Assembly (NCBI GenBank): GCA_963796275.1
Contig: CAWCKY010000006.1
Span: forward strand, 2,720,001-2,784,000
DNA length: 64,000 bases
Direction: 5' to 3'
Source: an uncultured Acidobacteriota bacterium
Lineage (GTDB): Bacteria; Acidobacteriota; Blastocatellia; RBC074
Below, piece by piece: positions 14,148-24,744 of this stretch; position 1 is the stretch's first letter; each line of letters opens with the position of its first letter. The notes under the pieces are model-generated. The model made no database searches, was not told where the DNA came from, and was given only the letters and a program-made list of their open reading frames with translations. A program made the position numbers and the translations under genes.

Positions 14148-15683
14148 TCACCGAACTTTGCAGACGAAGTTTGCCGCGTCGTTCGTGCTGCCGACTCCGG
14201 TGTACTGCGCGACTTGCGGATAGGGACAGACCGGCCGTGTCATGTTTACGCGGTTGTTGCTGACTCGTGACGCGATCAACCGATCGGGTGCGATTCCGGA
14301 TTCGCGCCAACGCTCCATCGCAGCCATCCAGTTCACCTGGTTCGGGCCCGGCCCACCCCCGCAATGCGCCATACCAGGCACCATGAAGAGTTGCAGCCAA
14401 TCCTCTTGCTTCGGCCCCATCCGTGCCAACACGCTCGAGTAATAGTTGACGCTGTTCTGCGGCGAGATCGCCCCACCCGAGCCGCCATCATTCCAACCGT
14501 GGTAGATGAGAAGTTTTCCACCGCGAGCTCGAAAGCCCGAAATATCCGCATTCACGGCGTCAATGAAGCCCGCTTTCTTGTCGATCAGGGAGGTGTCGCG
14601 ATCCAGGTCGAACGTGCGCCAGTCCCACGCCGGGTCTTCGTGGGCCACGTGCCTGAACATGCCCACGTCGATCCCTCCAGGTTCCGTGCTGGCGGCTGTC
14701 AGCATGGCCCACTCCATCTCGCCTCCTGGCACTAACCCGGGGTATATCAACTCCCCCGTCTTTCGCCTGGCGGGGGCGTAGCCCATCTTCACGGCTTCTA
14801 CCTGTGGCGCCGTCAGGCAATCGTCCCTGTCGACCCCGCGGCACAGGAGTGATGCGGGATCAAAACGGCATTGGTATGGATCCGTCAGGAGCCCGTCCGT
14901 CACTCCGTCGAGTGCGTCGCACGCGGCGAGCACAGCCCTATTGACGAGGGCGAGTTTTTCGCGCGGGACAACACTCGCCGGTGCCTGGAGGATCTTCGCC
15001 TCCACCGCGATCCGCCAGGCGCACAACTGCGTCTGATTGTTTGCAGGAGCGCCGGCGACAATCCCATCGAAGTCATCCGGATAGCGCTGAGCCGCCATCA
15101 AGCCCTGTCGCCCGCCTGTGGAGCAACCCGTCCAGTACGAGAATCGTGGCGCGCGACCATAGAAGGCCGCGATAACGGCCTTCGATTTCACCGCCATCTC
15201 GTGGACGGCACGATACGCGAAATCAATGACCTTTTCCGGATGTCCGATCGCGAACGACGCAGTACCACCGACGTGTCCAGTGTCCGTCGATGCCGTCGCG
15301 TAGCCTTCCTGCAGCGCGGAGGCTAGCGCGCCATAGCTGATCGTTCCCGCCCAGCCGCCGTTGCCGACCGCCTGGAACTTGCCGTTCCACGACGCGGCCG
15401 GCAGCCAGACTTCAATCTTGATGTCAGAGTCCGAAGAAGGCGTAAGCGTGGCCGCCACACGGCAAAATGCCGGCAGTTGGCTGAATTGCTGCACCGCCGC
15501 CGGGCCGGTGCCAGGCAGACTGAATCCTCCGGCGGGCACCATCTGCGCCAAGGTAATCGAAGTGTTCGGGAGCGCCATGGACGACAAGCTCTCGCACGAC
15601 GCCGCGTCGTTGAACGCGTTTCCGTCCACCATGAGTATCAGCGCGAGGAGAACCGCGCACGATCCGCCAGTTACTCTTTTCAT
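14148..15683 (-). CDS. Tannase/feruloyl esterase family hydrolase
   Basis: GCSTGG nucleophile, HGWND, PGMAHC; signal peptide; GGAGG before ATG 15683. Confidence 0.92.
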   Translation of the reverse strand: MKRVTGGSCAVLLALILMVDGNAFNDAASCESLSSMALPNTSITLAQMVPAGGFSLPGTGPAAVQQFSQLPAFCRVAATLTPSSDSDIKIEVWLPAASWNGKFQAVGNGGWAGTISYGALASALQEGYATASTDTGHVGGTASFAIGHPEKVIDFAYRAVHEMAVKSKAVIAAFYGRAPRFSYWTGCSTGGRQGLMAAQRYPDDFDGIVAGAPANNQTQLCAWRIAVEAKILQAPASVVPREKLALVNRAVLAACDALDGVTDGLLTDPYQCRFDPASLLCRGVDRDDCLTAPQVEAVKMGYAPARRKTGELIYPGLVPGGEMEWAMLTAASTEPGGIDVGMFRHVAHEDPAWDWRTFDLDRDTSLIDKKAGFIDAVNADISGFRARGGKLLIYHGWNDGGSGGAISPQNSVNYYSSVLARMGPKQEDWLQLFMVPGMAHCGGGPGPNQVNWMAAMERWRESGIAPDRLIASRVSNNRVNMTRPVCPYPQVAQYTGVGSTNDAANFVCKVR

Positions 15684-15757
15684 CGCACGTCCTCCGAAGT
15701 TCTTACGCGAAGGCAACCGTAACGATTCCGTCGCGCGCGAGTTTCTGTTCTGTTGCC

Positions 15758-15817
15758 GTCTAACGCTCCGGTTCAGCGGCGGTGCAGAGCGTCGTCCGCT
15801 GCAACCGGTTGTTAGAT
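15758..15817 (-). mobile_element. Integron attC site (60 bp)
   Basis: Minus strand ATCTAAC-AACCGGTTGCAGCGGACGACGCTCTGCACCGCCGCTGAACCGGAGC-GTTAGAC: RYYYAAC, L boxes, GTTRRRY; 22 nt after the upstream gene's stop. Confidence 0.85.
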
Positions 15818-15839
15818 GACTTGGTTGGGGATGGAGTAC

Positions 15840-16397
15840 TCACGCCATCTTGTCGGTCTGATAACGAAGAATGATGCAGCCGGTCGATAATGGACGCGCT
15901 TCAAGCAACTGCAGTCTTTGTAATTTCACTTCGTCACTGAACAGAGGCCTGCCTCTGCCATGTATGACCGGTGCAATTCCCAGACGATACTCATCAAAGA
16001 GGTTCTCATTCATCAGGGTCTTCGAGAGGTTGGCGCTGCCGAAAACGAACATGCTGCCGTCGCCCTGTTGTTTCAGTCTCCCCATTTCCTCTGCCACGTT
16101 GTCCTTCACTAGGGTCGTCTTGTTCCAGCTTGCCGTCTGCAGAGTGCGCGAACACACCACCTTCGGCAGGCTGTTCATATAATCGGCCACTGCGCCCTCG
16201 GCGGTCTGCCAATATGCAGCCATGCCCTCATAAGTCACGCGCCCGAACACAAGCAAGTCGCTCGACCGCAACTGCTCGAGGGAGAATTGCCTGAGTTCCT
16301 CGCCCCAAACCGTTTCGTGCCAGGGCAAATCCCAGTTCTTCTCGCCCTCGAAGTAACCATCGAGGGTGATGAGATTCCACATGATCAGCTTTCGCAT
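15840..16397 (-). CDS. Dihydrofolate reductase / RibD C-terminal family protein
   Basis: MRKLI..ITLDGYF, GRVTYE, FGSANL, DEYRL..PVIHGRG. Confidence 0.9.
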   Translation of the reverse strand: MRKLIMWNLITLDGYFEGEKNWDLPWHETVWGEELRQFSLEQLRSSDLLVFGRVTYEGMAAYWQTAEGAVADYMNSLPKVVCSRTLQTASWNKTTLVKDNVAEEMGRLKQQGDGSMFVFGSANLSKTLMNENLFDEYRLGIAPVIHGRGRPLFSDEVKLQRLQLLEARPLSTGCIILRYQTDKMA

Positions 16398-16560
16398 AGT
16401 ACGATCTCCTTTGTGTTTCGCTCGTCGTTGAGTTCATCTCACCTCCTCGATCAGTGCTATGGTTTCCAGCTCTGCTCAATGGATTCTGGATACTCTTCTC
16501 GTCACATCTCGGAAACACGGACTTTCCGTACGAACAGTTGCCGACATGCAATCTCTCCCT

Positions 16561-18990
16561 TCAATGATCTGACTCAACGATCTTTATTACTCGATCAACG
16601 GACACTTCGCTTATCCGTTGGATACTACCTCCCGGCCAGCGGATTTCGAGCAATTTGATGGAAGACTCCCGGCCCAGACCAAAATGTACGCGGTTATCGC
16701 TGGATGAAGAATACCCTACACTGGTCGTGACATGATTGAATTGCGTTCGGCCCTCAGCCGAGACCAGTCTGATCATCGCTCCGATGCTGTCACGATTTCC
16801 GCGCTTGCCGACCAACTGCAGCGACAACCAGTGGTGAGTTGCGGCGGTCCCCGGTGCGAGCGCCGATTCGTTGAGCAATAACTCAGCTGGTTCATTGAGA
16901 GAAGTCGTTACGACATCGATCAGGCCATCGTGATTGAAATCGGAGAACGCGCAACCGCGACGCGCTTGCCTGTACTGGAAACTTGCGCCCGCTAGGGCTG
17001 AGAGGTCGGTGAACATTCCCTTACCAATGTTGGCGAAGACGCCTAGCGGCTGGCGATAAGCTTGGCCGTTCAGTTTTTCTATCTGGTCGTTGACGTGGGC
17101 GTTGACGGTCAACAGGTCTTTGAAACCGTCATTGTTGAAATCGAAGAGCCCCAGCCCCCAGCCGCTGCGTTTGATCGTGGCCGAACCCAGTCCGCTCGCC
17201 CACGTTTCATCGAGAAAGAATCCCTTGCTAGCGTTGCGGAAGAGCGGAAAGGTTTCGCCTTCCAGTGCCGAGACGATCAGGTCGGGCTGCCCGTCATTAT
17301 CGTAATCGCGGAAATCCACACCCATGCCAGACACGGGGCGCCCTCTATCGTTGAAGGCCACGCCGGCCCGCAGCGCAACTTCCTCGAAACCGCCACGCCC
17401 GTTATTGTGAAAGAGAAAATTGGGCAGCGTGTCGTTCGCCACGAAGATATCGATGAATCCGTCGTTGTCGTAATCGGCGATCGCAACGCCCATGCCTTTC
17501 CCGATTTGCGCGGCGATGCCACTCGGCTCTGAAACATCCGTGAACGTGCCGTCGCCGTTGTTGCGAAACAGTTGGTTGGGGAGGCCGTCGTAGCGGTCGG
17601 GGTGGCAGTACGTACGCAGATCCTTGCCCGGATCGCCGCAAACGGGGTCGATTCCGTGCCGCCAATTTACGTAATTAACTACGAATAGATCGAGCTGGCC
17701 GTCGTTGTCGTAATCGAGCCAGGCCGCGGCCACCGACCAGCGGCGTTCTCCACCCGCCAGGCGCGCCCGTGCGGTGACATCACTGAAGCGGCCGTCGCCT
17801 TCGTTGCGAAATAAAATGTTTTGATTGACGCCGGTAACGAACATGTCCTGATCGCCATCGTTGTCGTAATCGGCAGCGGCCACGCCCATAGCATAGCCTT
17901 CACCAGCGACTTTCGCCTCAGTCGTCACATCGGTGAATGTCCCGTCGCCATTGTTGCGAAAGAGCCGGTTCCAATATTCGGGGGATGTTTTTCGCAGCGC
18001 GGGTAGAGCCGCGCCATTGACGAAGTAAATATCAGTGTGGCCGTCGTTGTTGTAATCGAAGGCGGCCACGCCACCGGTCATCGTCTCGACCAGATATTTC
18101 TGGGGCGAGGCAGCGTTGCGCAGCGTAAAGTTGATACCGGCCCTGGCGGCGACGTTGCGAAACCGAATCGGCGAGACTGTTTTCGCCGGCTGTCCTGACC
18201 GGGCGCGTGTATTGCCGGCACCCGCTCCAGATATCAGCCGTTCGAGATGAGTGCGCGCCAGCGGATTGCCGTCCAGCACGAGGGCATGCCGGTACTCTTC
18301 CTCGGCTTCAGCTGATCTCCCGAGTTGTTCCAGCGTTCGTCCGCGCGCAACCCGCAATTCGCTTGCACGCGGTTCGATCTTCTCCGCTCGGGTCAGCAAT
18401 TCAAGCGCTTCCGCGAACTTTCCCAACCGTCCGAGCAGATTACCTGCCTGCTGCAGCGGAAACGCTTTTTCACGGCCCTCCCGCCGGTTCAATGCGATCG
18501 CGCGCTGATAACTTGCCAGCGCGCCAGCATTATCCCCCGCCGCTTCAATAATCAGGCCCAAATGAGCGTGCGCGTCGGCGTAATCCGGCCTCCATTTCAG
18601 CGCTTGTCGCACCGATTGCTCTGCTGCTTTCAAGGAGTTGCGCTGGTATTGGGCGCGCGCCAGGTAAAACCACAGAACTGGTTCTTCGGGAAACTGTCGC
18701 AGCGCCAGAGAGAATTCGGCTTCGGCGTCGGAAGTTCGTCCGGCAAGCTGAAATGCCATCCCGGCCAGTTTCCAGGCGAGTAATATTTGTGGATCGATCT
18801 CTCTGGCTCGGCGCGCCGCGGCGGCGGCTTCATCATATCTGCCTTGTTCGAATAGCTCCGCAGCCTGGCGAAAAACTTGGGAGGCGTCTTTCTGGACCGC
18901 GCGCGTCTGCGAAAGCCCATGCTCGATCTGGCAGACCACCAGGAGGCAGCCCGCCAACGTGATGGTGATGGCGGCGGATGTGCGGATCAC
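16561..18990 (-). CDS. TPR + FG-GAP/CRTAC1 (ASPIC/UnbV) protein
   Basis: N-terminal TPRs, multiple DYDNDG repeats, C-terminal HFGLG...IRWPGG. Confidence 0.9.
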   Translation of the reverse strand: MIRTSAAITITLAGCLLVVCQIEHGLSQTRAVQKDASQVFRQAAELFEQGRYDEAAAAARRAREIDPQILLAWKLAGMAFQLAGRTSDAEAEFSLALRQFPEEPVLWFYLARAQYQRNSLKAAEQSVRQALKWRPDYADAHAHLGLIIEAAGDNAGALASYQRAIALNRREGREKAFPLQQAGNLLGRLGKFAEALELLTRAEKIEPRASELRVARGRTLEQLGRSAEAEEEYRHALVLDGNPLARTHLERLISGAGAGNTRARSGQPAKTVSPIRFRNVAARAGINFTLRNAASPQKYLVETMTGGVAAFDYNNDGHTDIYFVNGAALPALRKTSPEYWNRLFRNNGDGTFTDVTTEAKVAGEGYAMGVAAADYDNDGDQDMFVTGVNQNILFRNEGDGRFSDVTARARLAGGERRWSVAAAWLDYDNDGQLDLFVVNYVNWRHGIDPVCGDPGKDLRTYCHPDRYDGLPNQLFRNNGDGTFTDVSEPSGIAAQIGKGMGVAIADYDNDGFIDIFVANDTLPNFLFHNNGRGGFEEVALRAGVAFNDRGRPVSGMGVDFRDYDNDGQPDLIVSALEGETFPLFRNASKGFFLDETWASGLGSATIKRSGWGLGLFDFNNDGFKDLLTVNAHVNDQIEKLNGQAYRQPLGVFANIGKGMFTDLSALAGASFQYRQARRGCAFSDFNHDGLIDVVTTSLNEPAELLLNESALAPGTAATHHWLSLQLVGKRGNRDSIGAMIRLVSAEGRTQFNHVTTSVGYSSSSDNRVHFGLGRESSIKLLEIRWPGGSIQRISEVSVDRVIKIVESDH

Positions 18991-19039
18991 TTGAGTTAAT
19001 GAACATGCGACTGGAATTACAGCCGCAGTCTACTTGCCG

Positions 19040-19170
19040 GTTTATCCGGTCCGATTTTCCTTTACGCTCGTGACCCGCGCGAAATGCGGGTTGAGCACGT
19101 CTGGTTCAATCCCACCAAAAGATGGCCATTGAAGGCATTGAAGAATTTTACCCGGAACTCTGCCTTCATG
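19040..19170 (-). pseudogene. C-terminal remnant of a TonB-dependent receptor
   Basis: EFRVKFFNAFN...NPHFARVTSV resembles the C-termini of the intact receptors here; broken frame. Confidence 0.5.
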
Positions 19171-19284
19171 CCATCACTCACCTACAAAGCTTTGCCATTG
19201 ATTTTAGCCTTTTTTAGCAAGATCACGGTTTTACTTTCTCCCGCCACCAACCGTCAATGCACGGCAGCACGCCGCGCCGCTCTT

Positions 19285-19535
19285 AGTTTCCTGTTCAATG
19301 GTCGCCATCGCTTCATTGACGGCTTTGCCGAGATTGCCACCTTCGGGCAGATTGAGCAGGGGGAAGGGAATCGTGCAATGTCCGGCAGGTAGATCACACC
19401 TTGCGCTTAATAGGCTGTTTTGCGGACGGTGCGTCGGCTGCAGACACCTTTATTGGTTGTTTTGCTGTGCGTCCACATATCGCTTTTCCGCAAAACGGAG
19501 AAGATCAAAACCGAGCTCAGGCGCGGCGTATGCGG
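19285..19535 (-). pseudogene. hsdM: Type I R-M methyltransferase (HsdM) N-terminal remnant
   Basis: YAAPELGFDLLRFAE...AY*AQGVIYLPDIARF / LLNLPEGGNLGKAVNEAMATIE with stop and frameshift. Confidence 0.6.
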
Positions 19536-19882
19536 AAGGAACCGGTAGTGGCAGGAGAGATTATTGGCAACTAGCTAAACTAACTGAGTAACTGAATGTT
19601 GCATCAAGCAAAAATCTAAACGAAACGGGTATCTCCCTGTTGACTCACCTAAAAATCTATCTGAAATAAGTATCTCTTGCACTTCTTACAAATCTGTGTA
19701 CACTGCTCGAAACTAACCAATCAAACCTAAATAGCACCAGCAGAGAAGGAAGGGTTGTTTCGCCGTGACTCGCAAACGCTGAAGGAAAGCGGCGAAAGCA
19801 CATTGGGCCGTGGTTCGCGCTGAATAGCGATGTAGGGGGGCTTCATCTATGACATGTACTGACATGTTTCCGCAGTGGTGTA

Positions 19883-22800
19883 GTGTTCCTGTTTGCGTTG
19901 GCCATCGCGATCCCCGTCTGGCCGCAGGCTTCGAACAGTACGGTTCGGGGCTCAGTTGCCGATATCCAGGGGGCGGTCATTCCCAACGCGAGGGTGATGT
20001 TAACGAACACCGCAACCGGTGTCGTTCGCGATTCAATCACAAACAACGCGGGAATATACGTATTTCCGGGTGTAACTCCCGGTCCTTACCGGGTTCGTAT
20101 TGAGCAGTCAGGATTCCAGACTTTTGAAGGTGTGCTGACTGTTCAGGTCCAGCAGGACGCCTCCGTCGATGTGGTGATGCAGGTCGCCGGCACCGTGACC
20201 TCGGTGGACATTTTGGATGTGACGCCGATGGTGAACCAGAGTTCGCCTTCTCTGGGTTCCTCGCTGGAGCGCCAGCGCATCGAACAACTGCCAGTGAACG
20301 GCCGCGGATACCAGAATCTGCTGGTCACTGTTCCCGGCGTACAGTGGTCCTCCCATGGCCACGGTATAGGCGGCATGATACGCGGGAATGGGCTGCGGAG
20401 CGGATCGAACACTCTGGTTGTCGATGGTGCGGCGCAAAACGAGGTTTGGGAGGGCTGGGACGTGGCCCGGCAGCCCAGCTTGGATGCGGTGGAAGAGCTT
20501 CGTGTGGAAGTGAACAACGCGTCGGCGAAGTTCGCGCGGCCGACTTCCGTAGTCATGTCAACCCGCTCAGGTACCAACCAGTTTCACGGCGTCATCTTCT
20601 ATACAAATCGCAACAGCGCCTACGGCGTAGCTCGCCGGCGCGAGGATTCATTCACCAAGCCGCCGTATGTGAACCGCAATGAATATGGCGTTTCCCTTGG
20701 TGGGCCGGTGATTATTCCCAAGCTCTACAACGGCCACAACCGCACCTTCTTCTTTTGGAACTGGGAGCAAACCCGCTACCTAGCCAATACGACGACGCGA
20801 ATGTCGGTTCCCACGGCGGAGATGCGTAACGGCGACTTCCGCGGGCTGGTTGACGCGCAGGGCCGCCGTTACACGTTGTACGATCCTTTCACTACTACGC
20901 AAGGCACCTGGTCGCGCCAGCCGCTTGCGTATAACGGGGCACAGAATGTAATCGATCCTGCCAGGATCAGTCCGGTGGCGAAGTTTCTCTTTGACCACAC
21001 CGCCCTGCCGACGCATCCCGACATCAATCCGCTCGTCGATGCCAACTGGATCGGGACGTTCCGTCGTCCGCTCGTGCAGGATACGCGCAACATACGTGTC
21101 GACCACCGCATCTCCGACAACGACCTCGTGTTCTTCCGTTTCGCCTACAATCAGCACTACGAGCAGTATGGCGTCAACAGCGCGCCGTATCTGCCAGTAG
21201 ACGGCTTCCGTACCATCGAACAGACAACGCGCTGGTGGCCCAATCACACACTCTCGGGAACCTGGAATCACACCTTTTCTCCGACTCTTTCGAACGAGGT
21301 GATGATCAGCGGTTTGCGCGACTGGCATAACCGCGGAGCGGGCGACAACCGTACGAATTACGCCAGGTTACTCGGTCTGCCGAATCCGTTTAGCGCTGTC
21401 AACTGGCCGGTGGTCGACGGCATGAACTTCGGCATAACCGGTTCAACTTACAGCCTCGGCGGTGAACAACCATTCTATCTCGTCAGCAACATGATCACGG
21501 CGCAGGACAACGCCGTGAAGGTCCAGGGAGCGCACGAGCTGAATTTCGGATTGCAGTTCAAATTCGAGGACGTGCCGAAATCGATCGTGTCGGCAGCCGG
21601 GAATTTCAACGTCGACACGGGAACCACAGCACTCTACGATCCGTCGTCGACACCTCAGAATCCGATCTCGACTCCCTTCACCGGGCATCCGATCGCCAAT
21701 TTGTTCCTCGGCCAGATGAACTATGCAACCACGTTCCGGCGTCCATGGGCATTTCTGCGCCGGCAGGAGTATGCGCCCTATTTTCAGGACAACTGGAAGG
21801 TCAACCAGCGCCTGACCCTGAACCTCGGGTTGCGCTATGAGTTTCGTACGCCGCTGCATGACAAGAACGGCTTGCTGACCAGCTTTTCACCCGAGCACAG
21901 GGCATATGTCATTGGCTCGAGCGTCGAAAACTTCCTGGCCAAGCAGGCGACCCTGCCGGCCAATCTGAACTCGTTGACCGCATTCGGAGGCAAAATCATC
22001 AGCTATAAAGAAGCTGGCCTGCCGGAACATCTGGTTTACAACAATTGGAAGCAGTTCGGGCCGCGGCTGGGTTTCGCCTTCCGGGCGCTCTCAGGAGCAA
22101 AGGAGTTGGTCATCCGCGGCGGTTATCGAGTCTCTTATTACACGCAGCCGATCGCGGACTGGTTCGGCAGCCAACAGAACCAGCAGATTGTTTCGGCCAG
22201 TTTCCAAAACAGCATAACGAACACGGCGCTTTCGCCGGACAGACTGCCGAACTACGGATTGCGGTCGGTACCCCGGTATATCGCCGGTGTCAATACGGCA
22301 GATGACTCCATCATCAACATCAACGACACGCGCACCATCGCTCGCGGGTTTACCGCAATTCAGATCGATCCGTATCTGACCGATCCCAGAGTGCAGGAAT
22401 GGAACTTTACCTTCGAGAAAGAGATCGCCAGTAACATGGTCGCGCGACTGGCGTATGTCGGAAATCGTACGACCAATATCCTGCAGATCATCAATCTTAA
22501 TGAAAGCGTTCCCGAATACATCTGGTACAGCACTCGCGGGACGCCTCTGCAGATCGGGGAATTTTCGGGCGTGGAGCGGCGGCCCTACGATCAGCAGGTC
22601 TACGGCTCCGTCAACCGGCTGGCCAGCACGGGCTACGCCAACTGGAACGGGTTCCAGGCTGAGTTGGAGAGACGTTTCAGCAAAGGCCTGGGTTTTCAGA
22701 TCTTCTACATCACCGGCAAAGCGCTGGCTGCGACCGGGACGATCCAGCAGATTGACAACTTCCTTCCGGGCGCCGTCCCAACGGACTTTGACGAGCGCAA

Positions 22801-23572
22801 TCGCTTTCTGAACTATCAACTTGATACAACTACTCCGCGGCATCAAGTGCGCTGGAACTGGATCGCGGACATTCCAGTAGGGAAGGGAAAGCGTCTTGGC
22901 CACAGCATTCCGGGCTTCCTGGACAAGATTATCGGAGGCTGGCAGATCGCCGGGACGGGCAACTGGAGAACGAATCAAGTCAGTTTGCCGACCAACTACT
23001 ATTCCACTGGCACGCCTCTCGAAGTATACGGAGAGAAGTACAAGATCGAGGACTGCCGTAGCGGCGTGTGCTTCCCCGGATTTCTATACTACAACGGCTA
23101 CATTCCCGCGAACCGGATCAACAGCGTCGACGCGCAGGGCCGTCCAAATGGCGTGATGGGGATACCGGAGAACTACAAGCCCGCCGTTGCCCCTCTGATC
23201 CCATGGGGCTCCACAACTCTGCCCGCGAATGCGCCGGCGAACACCGATCTGAGCCAGTTCTGGGATTCCAACAGCGTTTGGGTTCCGCTCAATAACAACA
23301 CGGTTCAGCGGGTCAGCTACAACGACAACCTGGTGCCGTGGCGCAATCAGTACATACGCGCACCCAATCAGTGGTTTATGGATGCATCCCTTTTCAAATT
23401 CACCAAAATCACCGAAAAGGTCTCGCTCCGGCTGAATATCGACATCTTCAACGTTTTCAACAACCCGAACAACCCGACTGTCATCTCCAACACGAACGAT
23501 GGCATTCTCACTACGCGTAATTCGGGGAGTCCGGCTCGCGTGATGCAGATGAGCGTTCGCCTGATTTTCTAA
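19883..23572 (+). CDS. Oar-like TonB-dependent receptor
   Basis: Carboxypeptidase-regulatory N-domain, LPVNGR, TRSGTNQFHG, QDNWKV..LTLNLGLRYE, C-terminal RLIF; true start may be ATG 19849 via a 1-nt indel. Confidence 0.92.
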   Translation: MFLFALAIAIPVWPQASNSTVRGSVADIQGAVIPNARVMLTNTATGVVRDSITNNAGIYVFPGVTPGPYRVRIEQSGFQTFEGVLTVQVQQDASVDVVMQVAGTVTSVDILDVTPMVNQSSPSLGSSLERQRIEQLPVNGRGYQNLLVTVPGVQWSSHGHGIGGMIRGNGLRSGSNTLVVDGAAQNEVWEGWDVARQPSLDAVEELRVEVNNASAKFARPTSVVMSTRSGTNQFHGVIFYTNRNSAYGVARRREDSFTKPPYVNRNEYGVSLGGPVIIPKLYNGHNRTFFFWNWEQTRYLANTTTRMSVPTAEMRNGDFRGLVDAQGRRYTLYDPFTTTQGTWSRQPLAYNGAQNVIDPARISPVAKFLFDHTALPTHPDINPLVDANWIGTFRRPLVQDTRNIRVDHRISDNDLVFFRFAYNQHYEQYGVNSAPYLPVDGFRTIEQTTRWWPNHTLSGTWNHTFSPTLSNEVMISGLRDWHNRGAGDNRTNYARLLGLPNPFSAVNWPVVDGMNFGITGSTYSLGGEQPFYLVSNMITAQDNAVKVQGAHELNFGLQFKFEDVPKSIVSAAGNFNVDTGTTALYDPSSTPQNPISTPFTGHPIANLFLGQMNYATTFRRPWAFLRRQEYAPYFQDNWKVNQRLTLNLGLRYEFRTPLHDKNGLLTSFSPEHRAYVIGSSVENFLAKQATLPANLNSLTAFGGKIISYKEAGLPEHLVYNNWKQFGPRLGFAFRALSGAKELVIRGGYRVSYYTQPIADWFGSQQNQQIVSASFQNSITNTALSPDRLPNYGLRSVPRYIAGVNTADDSIININDTRTIARGFTAIQIDPYLTDPRVQEWNFTFEKEIASNMVARLAYVGNRTTNILQIINLNESVPEYIWYSTRGTPLQIGEFSGVERRPYDQQVYGSVNRLASTGYANWNGFQAELERRFSKGLGFQIFYITGKALAATGTIQQIDNFLPGAVPTDFDERNRFLNYQLDTTTPRHQVRWNWIADIPVGKGKRLGHSIPGFLDKIIGGWQIAGTGNWRTNQVSLPTNYYSTGTPLEVYGEKYKIEDCRSGVCFPGFLYYNGYIPANRINSVDAQGRPNGVMGIPENYKPAVAPLIPWGSTTLPANAPANTDLSQFWDSNSVWVPLNNNTVQRVSYNDNLVPWRNQYIRAPNQWFMDASLFKFTKITEKVSLRLNIDIFNVFNNPNNPTVISNTNDGILTTRNSGSPARVMQMSVRLIF

Positions 23573-23654
23573 AATAGGTATACAGGCTAGGTAGCGGGGG
23601 GCCTGAACCCCTCGTTTCTCTCTGAACAGAGAAGACAAATTGGGGACATACTGA

Positions 23655-23935
23655 ATGTCTAGCAGAATCCGACGCAAACCAGGCCGGGTTAAAGCCCTGC
23701 TTCGGACTCGCCCTCTTCTTCGTCTGGGCGCAGGAGGGCTTCTCTCCAGCGCAGGAAGATTCTTTTGCGAAAACACTCTATCCGGTATTGGAGAGGGCAG
23801 CCTACCAGTCATGCCATAATCCCGACGGCGTGGCTTCGGTTACGCGCCTTCAGTTTCCCGAACCGGATGCCGGTCCCGACCATATTGAAGCCTTCGGCAG
23901 ATCGCTCGTCTCCCTCGTCGACCGCGACAGAGAAG
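23655..23935 (+). pseudogene. N-terminal remnant of an exported cytochrome c-like (DUF1592/DUF1588-type) protein
   Basis: FAKTLYPVLERAAYQSCHNPDGVAS..RLQFP: degenerate CxxCH, frameshifted start, truncated. Confidence 0.45.
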
Positions 23936-24084
23936 AAATTCAGCGGATTGCTCACGTTTTACGCCGGCCACTCTCGATAGGTGTTGTCGCCGGTAGTAGT
24001 GTTGCGCCGGCTGGTCATCCATTCGCGCAGCGTGGTCAGACTGAAGTGGTCTGGCAGCGCGTTGACATTCTTGACGTCGTCCGG

Positions 24085-24710
24085 CCCCCCGGCACCGGTG
24101 TCTTGGTGTCGACGCCCTCTTTTAAGGGCAAGATGTGTAATCCTTGCCCCACACCGAAAGCGGCACCAATTTGTACTGGTCCTGCAGCGCATGGACAGCG
24201 GTGTAGTTTTCAGGGCCGCCTATGTACGTGCGTCCGCCGACCAGCACGAGGTTCGTCGGCACTCGGAGTTCCGTCACGCCGGCTGGATGCGTTCCTTTCC
24301 ACTTGAAGCCAACGATTGCAAAGTTGCCGCCTTTGCTTCCGACCGTTCGCGAGCCGGGTGCATGCGGAACGTTGTTCCATGCATCTATAAGCTGCATGAT
24401 CCAAAAACGATCGCCCATCTCGGGAATCGAGATGACCATTGGCTCTTACGAAAGATCCAGGTTCGCCAGAGAGTAAAGTGTGTCGACATTGAAACCGACA
24501 ACCGTTCTATTCGTGGCATCGGGGAATTCTCTATCGTGCACGAATTGGTTGATGGGCGCCTTGCCTTTCTTGACGCGGGAGACATGACTGGCGGTGTCGA
24601 GCTGTAATTCGATATAGACGAGAGGCATGCCAAACACCCAGGCGTCCTGGGCGATGGCCCTTGCCTCATCGGCAGATATTTTCCGTATTTCTTTGTTCTT
24701 TTGTTTTCAT
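24085..24710 (-). pseudogene. DUF1254 paralog 3, disrupted and 3'-truncated
   Basis: AWVFGMPLV, NVDTLYS, internal stop at about 24446, frameshifts near 24680 and 24125. Confidence 0.75.
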
Positions 24711-24744
24711 AATCTGTCACTTCTTCCAGTTATTTGTTATTTCA

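Noticed and set aside
19750-19810. Hairpin upstream of receptor as cobalamin riboswitch
   Set aside because: Lacks B12-box and other conserved elements
24677-24715. Apparent TTCCGT/TTTGTT periodic repeat
   Set aside because: Explained by the N-terminal codons (MKTKEQRNTE) of DUF1254 paralog 3
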